NCBI GenBank assembly: GCA_963669175.1
Contig: OY769902.1
Location: 288,001 to 352,000, forward strand
DNA from: a bacterium
Lineage (GTDB): Bacteria > Electryoneota > Electryoneia > Electryoneales > Electryoneaceae
Direction: 5' to 3'
DNA: 64,000 nucleotides
Shown: positions 59,956-64,000 of the stretch, piece after piece
Layout of the letters: every line of letters starts with the position of its first letter
Numbering within the stretch: the stretch's first letter is position 1
Program-made: the position numbers and the translations under genes
Notes under the pieces: model-generated
Seen by the model: the letters and a program-made list of their open reading frames with translations, nothing else
Databases searched by the model: none
What the model was told of the DNA's origin: nothing

Positions 59956-61995
59956 ATGATCAAACGGCTACTGATGGGTACCCTGGCAGTGGGACTGCTT
60001 GCAGGATCGCTTTACGCATTTCCGAGGAAAATCCTCATTGAAGAATTCAACGGGCATGGCTGAGGCAGTTGCAATCCAGCATCGGTGATGCTGCACGATT
60101 TTGTAACGAATGAGGATTATGCCGATCATGTCACGACCGTCGTTTACCATGCCTACTCTGACCCCTGGTACAACATTAACGGCGATGATCATGATACCCG
60201 CTTCCAGTATTATAGTGTAACCGGGATTCCTTCGGTTCGACTTGACGGTATCCTCGGTAACTACCTGCTGAGCGCTTCAGACCTGACAACCCCTTACGGA
60301 CAACGCTACAATGTGGAGAGTCCACTTTCCATTAGCATCATGTCCATCAACAATGAAGATGAGATTAATGTAACCGCTCTGGTCACCAGTGGAGACGAAG
60401 AAGTACCTGCCAACCTGAAGATCCGAATGGCGCTGGTCAGCCTGTTTTACGACAACTTCACCGGCAACAACGGGCAGTCTGAATGGCATTGGGACATGCT
60501 GGACATGGCGCCCGATGCGGCAGGCCAGGACTTTGAAATCGGCCTGAACGAGACGGTTGAGTATTCCGCCACTTTCCCCTGGCCATTCACCCTGCAACAG
60601 GATGAGGTCGCTGAGGATAACGCCAAGATTGTGGTCTGGGTGCAGAACGATACCAACCACGAAGTGCTTCAGTCTGAATGGGCTGAGATTGGCGGTGGGT
60701 ACATGTTTGAAGCTGAACCCGGCCTGACCGAGAAACTGGTTGCGCCAGGGAGTGAAGCCGAGTTTTCCTTCGACATCACCAACACCGGTATGATGGAAGA
60801 TACTTACGATATCGCTATCACTTCCGGCCTGCTCGAGGATTGGTCCTATACTTACACAACTCCCGATGGCGAACAGAACGCTCCCGCCAGCATGACCCTC
60901 GCACCGGAAGCGACCTTTACGAGCACGGTTACCCTGTCCACAGCAGCCAATATACCGGCGTCTCAAGGCTCCATTACCATCACCATCACCTCGCAAAATA
61001 GCCCATTTATAAGTTGCGAGATGACATTTTACGCCATGGCCAACGGGCAGATCCTGGTGTTGAACGGGGACACCGAAGGACGCTATTCAGAGTACTACAC
61101 CAACGCCCTTCATGAAGTCACCCTGATTGAGGAGCTGAATGAAGATCTGAACTATTCGGTCTGGACTGCTGCCGAGCATCCTTTCCACGCTGGCGACCTG
61201 GACGAGGCAACGCCGGAACTGGTGATCTGGTACGTGGGCGGTGAGGGCAACATCACGGACGCTGATGAAACCGGCCTGATGAGTTACCTGGATGACGGCG
61301 GTTCGTTGTGGATCACAGGTTCATCAGCAGCCGTAGCCATGGACGGTGGCGACCTTATAGGGTATATGGGCGCCAGCTTCCAAGATCATTACTCCCGCGG
61401 TTATAACGTACATGGCGAAGAAGGCGATCTCTATTTTGACGGGTTGGAAACACCGATCATGGAAGGTGATGGCGCGGATAACCGAGGCGTCCCCAGCGCC
61501 CTGTACGCGACCGATGACGGCACAGTCTGCCTGATGTATTCAACAATCCGTGTCGCCGGGATTCGTCGCAGCGCCGATACATACAACACCCTGCTGTTCG
61601 GCTTCCCCTTCGAGGCTATCGCGTCACAGGAAGCCCGGACGACCTGTATGCTGGATGCGCTGCATTTCCTGATCGACTTTAACAATTTCCACGGCATCAC
61701 AGACACACCGGATCTGCTGCCGTCAGCTTTTAGCCTGCAACAGAACTACCCGAACCCGTTCAACCCGGAAACGGAGATCCGGTTCACGTTGCCTGAACGT
61801 GCGATGGTTCACCTCGCAGTCTTCGATATTACGGGGCGGGAAGTTGCCAGGTTGACAAATCGTCATTTCGAAGCGGGTCAACATTCTCTGCACTGGAACG
61901 CTGCCGACCAGGCCAGCGGTGTCTATTTCCTGCGCATGACTGCCATCGGAAACACACCGTTTGAGGCAACCAGGAAGATGGTGCTGGTGAAGTAA
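59956..61995 (+). CDS. Omp28/thioredoxin-like secreted protein with T9SS CTD; probable selenoprotein (UGA = codon 36)
   Basis: GGGAGG RBS + ATG 59956, signal peptide, KILIEEFNGHG-UGA-GSCNP in frame with ORF 60085-61995; GIPSVRLDG; QNYPNPFNP CTD. Confidence 0.85.
60068..60107 (+). promoter_or_regulatory. bacterial SECIS-like hairpin
   Basis: CAGCATC-GGT-GATGCTG apical stem-loop 20 nt after UGA, with lower stem GTTGCAA/TTGTAAC. Confidence 0.7.
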
Positions 61996-62030
61996 GGCTG
62001 TATAGATAATACTGGTGAAACACTATACTG

Positions 62031-62062
62031 CAACGGGACTGTCCCTTGGGATGGTCCCGTTG
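62031..62062. terminator. hairpin (terminator or GGGAC REP-like)
   Basis: CAACGGGACTGTCCC-TT-GGGATGGTCCCGTTG. Confidence 0.55.
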
Positions 62063-62234
62063 TTATAACAGGTTTTTACGGCCATACGTATGCGTCATTG
62101 TTGACATGGCGAGCAGCAAAACAACAAATATTTCAGAATTCCTTAAAAGGTTTGTCAGATATACTTTACTTACAACTCCCCCTGGTGTACATTGGAAAAA
62201 AATTCTACCATCAAGAAACCGTATGGAGTACAAA

Positions 62235-64000
62235 ATGCGAAAAACTCATATCGCTATATGTTTTGTAATCCTCTTTGGAAGTGTCGCTTTCTCCCAGGAG
62301 CAGGATACACTTTGGTCTCAAATCTGGGGAGTAGGGTTCTGCGATCATGCTAATGATGTTGACCAGACAATGGATGGAGGATTTATTGCATTTGGAAGCC
62401 ATTATAATGATCGGGAGGGTGTAATCGTCAAGTTTGACAGCCTTGGCGAAGCGGAATGGTATCAGGATTTTGTTGCCGGCACCGGTAACTGTGGCTTTCA
62501 ATCCGGTCAACAAACTTCCGACGGAGGCTTTATTTGTGCAGGAAGCATCTACGATCAAATATTATATTACGATTTCTGGCTGGTAAAAACAGATGATGAA
62601 GGCGTTCTGGAATGGGAACAAACTTATGGCACTAACACCAGTGAAGAGTGCAATTGTGTACAACAAACCACTGATGGTGGTTATGTCCTTGCGGGATACG
62701 TGGGATCGGCACATTCAGATTGGTGGCTGATAAAAACAGATGAAGACGGCGAAATAGAATGGGACCAGACATATGGAAACGAATCCACTGATAAGTCTTA
62801 TAGCGTCAAACAAACGAATGATGGCGGTTACATTCTTACAGGTTTTTCCTATATCACCGACGAATCTAATTGTAATCTCTGGCTGTTAAAAACGGATTCC
62901 GAGGGAAATCAGGAGTGGTTGAGTGAATTCGGGATATCTGCTGATGATGCTAATGATTATGGATACGATGTTATTCAGACCTCTGATGGAGGATATGCGG
63001 TTATTGGTGAAACCCGATCGTATGGCGCAGGCGGTAGTGATGCCTGGTTAATTAAAACAGATGAAGACGGCTTAGAGGAATGGAATCAGACATATGGTGG
63101 TGAAAGGACCGAAAGTGGGAATTCACTTCAACAAACATTAGATGGTGGTTTCATCATTGCCGGAGATGGGATGCCAGCCGATATCGGTGGCAGCGATTTC
63201 TGCGTCATTAAAACCAATATGGAAGGTGAAGAAGAATGGAGTCATTCTTACGGCGCAGGGCAAATTGAACGAGCACTTAGTGTTGAGCTTACCACCGATG
63301 GCGGATTTATCGTTTCCGGTTTTACCAATAGTTTTGGAGTTAATGGAAGTGATATGTGGTTGTTTCGTTATGAAGGATTGCTTTCGCCCACTCCTTTTCA
63401 TTTGCTGACTCCAACAGATGCTGAATGGCTAACGATTAATGATACTACTGAAATTCCGTTTTCCTGGGGAATTTCCTCAAGCCTGAACCCTGATGAAACT
63501 GTTGCATTTGATCTCCATATTCATGCTGGATATGGCGACATCGACAGTCTGACTTCTATCAGGGATATCGTGGAAACTGATACAGCCCTTACGGTGCAAC
63601 AGCTTCTTGGTTTGGAATACTGGGATTCGGCTATTAATTGTTCATGGTATGTTGAAGCGATTGCCGGGATGGATACAACTTCATCCATGGATACGTTCAG
63701 TTTCCGCATCATGCCTCACATTTTTGATTATCCGCCATCCGAGTTTACGCTGCTTTCCCCTGAAGATGACGCTTTGATTGAGGTTGACGAATCATTAGTC
63801 ATCGATTTCGCATGGCAGTCCTCAACAGATCCCAATCCGGACGACACAGTTGTATACGATGTCATCATTCACGGTTTAGGCAGTGGTATTGACAGCACAA
63901 CTTACCTTGAGGCTCAAACTGATACTACTCTATCACTTACGGTTACTGAACTCATGGGATTAATCAACTGGGAAACCACACTTGCTTTTGACTGGTCAGT
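62235..64000 (+). CDS. secreted beta-propeller protein (QTxDGG repeats) with Fn3-like modules; runs off the window
   Basis: GGAG RBS, MRKTHIAICFVILFGSVAFSQ signal, repeated W..TYG / QTxDGGY / D.WL.KTD; absent from ORF track because no stop codon. Confidence 0.8.
   Translation, partial: MRKTHIAICFVILFGSVAFSQEQDTLWSQIWGVGFCDHANDVDQTMDGGFIAFGSHYNDREGVIVKFDSLGEAEWYQDFVAGTGNCGFQSGQQTSDGGFICAGSIYDQILYYDFWLVKTDDEGVLEWEQTYGTNTSEECNCVQQTTDGGYVLAGYVGSAHSDWWLIKTDEDGEIEWDQTYGNESTDKSYSVKQTNDGGYILTGFSYITDESNCNLWLLKTDSEGNQEWLSEFGISADDANDYGYDVIQTSDGGYAVIGETRSYGAGGSDAWLIKTDEDGLEEWNQTYGGERTESGNSLQQTLDGGFIIAGDGMPADIGGSDFCVIKTNMEGEEEWSHSYGAGQIERALSVELTTDGGFIVSGFTNSFGVNGSDMWLFRYEGLLSPTPFHLLTPTDAEWLTINDTTEIPFSWGISSSLNPDETVAFDLHIHAGYGDIDSLTSIRDIVETDTALTVQQLLGLEYWDSAINCSWYVEAIAGMDTTSSMDTFSFRIMPHIFDYPPSEFTLLSPEDDALIEVDESLVIDFAWQSSTDPNPDDTVVYDVIIHGLGSGIDSTTYLEAQTDTTLSLTVTELMGLINWETTLAFDWS

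Noticed and set aside
59956-60063. Pseudogene or separate 35-aa peptide
   Set aside because: Stop is UGA at the catalytic Cys position with a SECIS-like hairpin and an intact downstream frame; recoding is more parsimonious

Overview
64 kb of bacterial chromosome, most likely a non-Bacteroidota FCB-superphylum lineage (inferred from many secreted proteins with T9SS-type 'PNPFN' C-terminal domains and a PorV-like gene). Contents: a ~15 kb minus-strand operon (TonB-dependent receptor, variant-CTD protein, PorV/PorQ-like barrel, large M30-like pseudo-peptidase, TPR lipoprotein, CTD protein); a LysM-FecR / 15xPKD pair; FG-GAP and LVIVD propeller proteins; a polyamine cluster (XRE-cupin regulator, speD, pdaD, speE, speB); transporters; and several non-coding repeat families. 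Two highlights. (1) A complete IS110-family (IS1111-type) element at ~56245-57721 sits inside a host palindromic repeat. Its GT core, circle-junction promoter (TTGACT-17 nt-TATAAT) and a 3' non-coding bridge/seek-type RNA with guides matching both target and donor can all be read from the sequence. (2) A gene truncated by the ORF track (59956-61995) encodes a secreted Omp28/thioredoxin-like protein with an in-frame UGA in a U-x-x-C motif followed by a SECIS-like hairpin, i.e. a probable T9SS-exported selenoprotein. All family assignments are by motif recognition, not database search.
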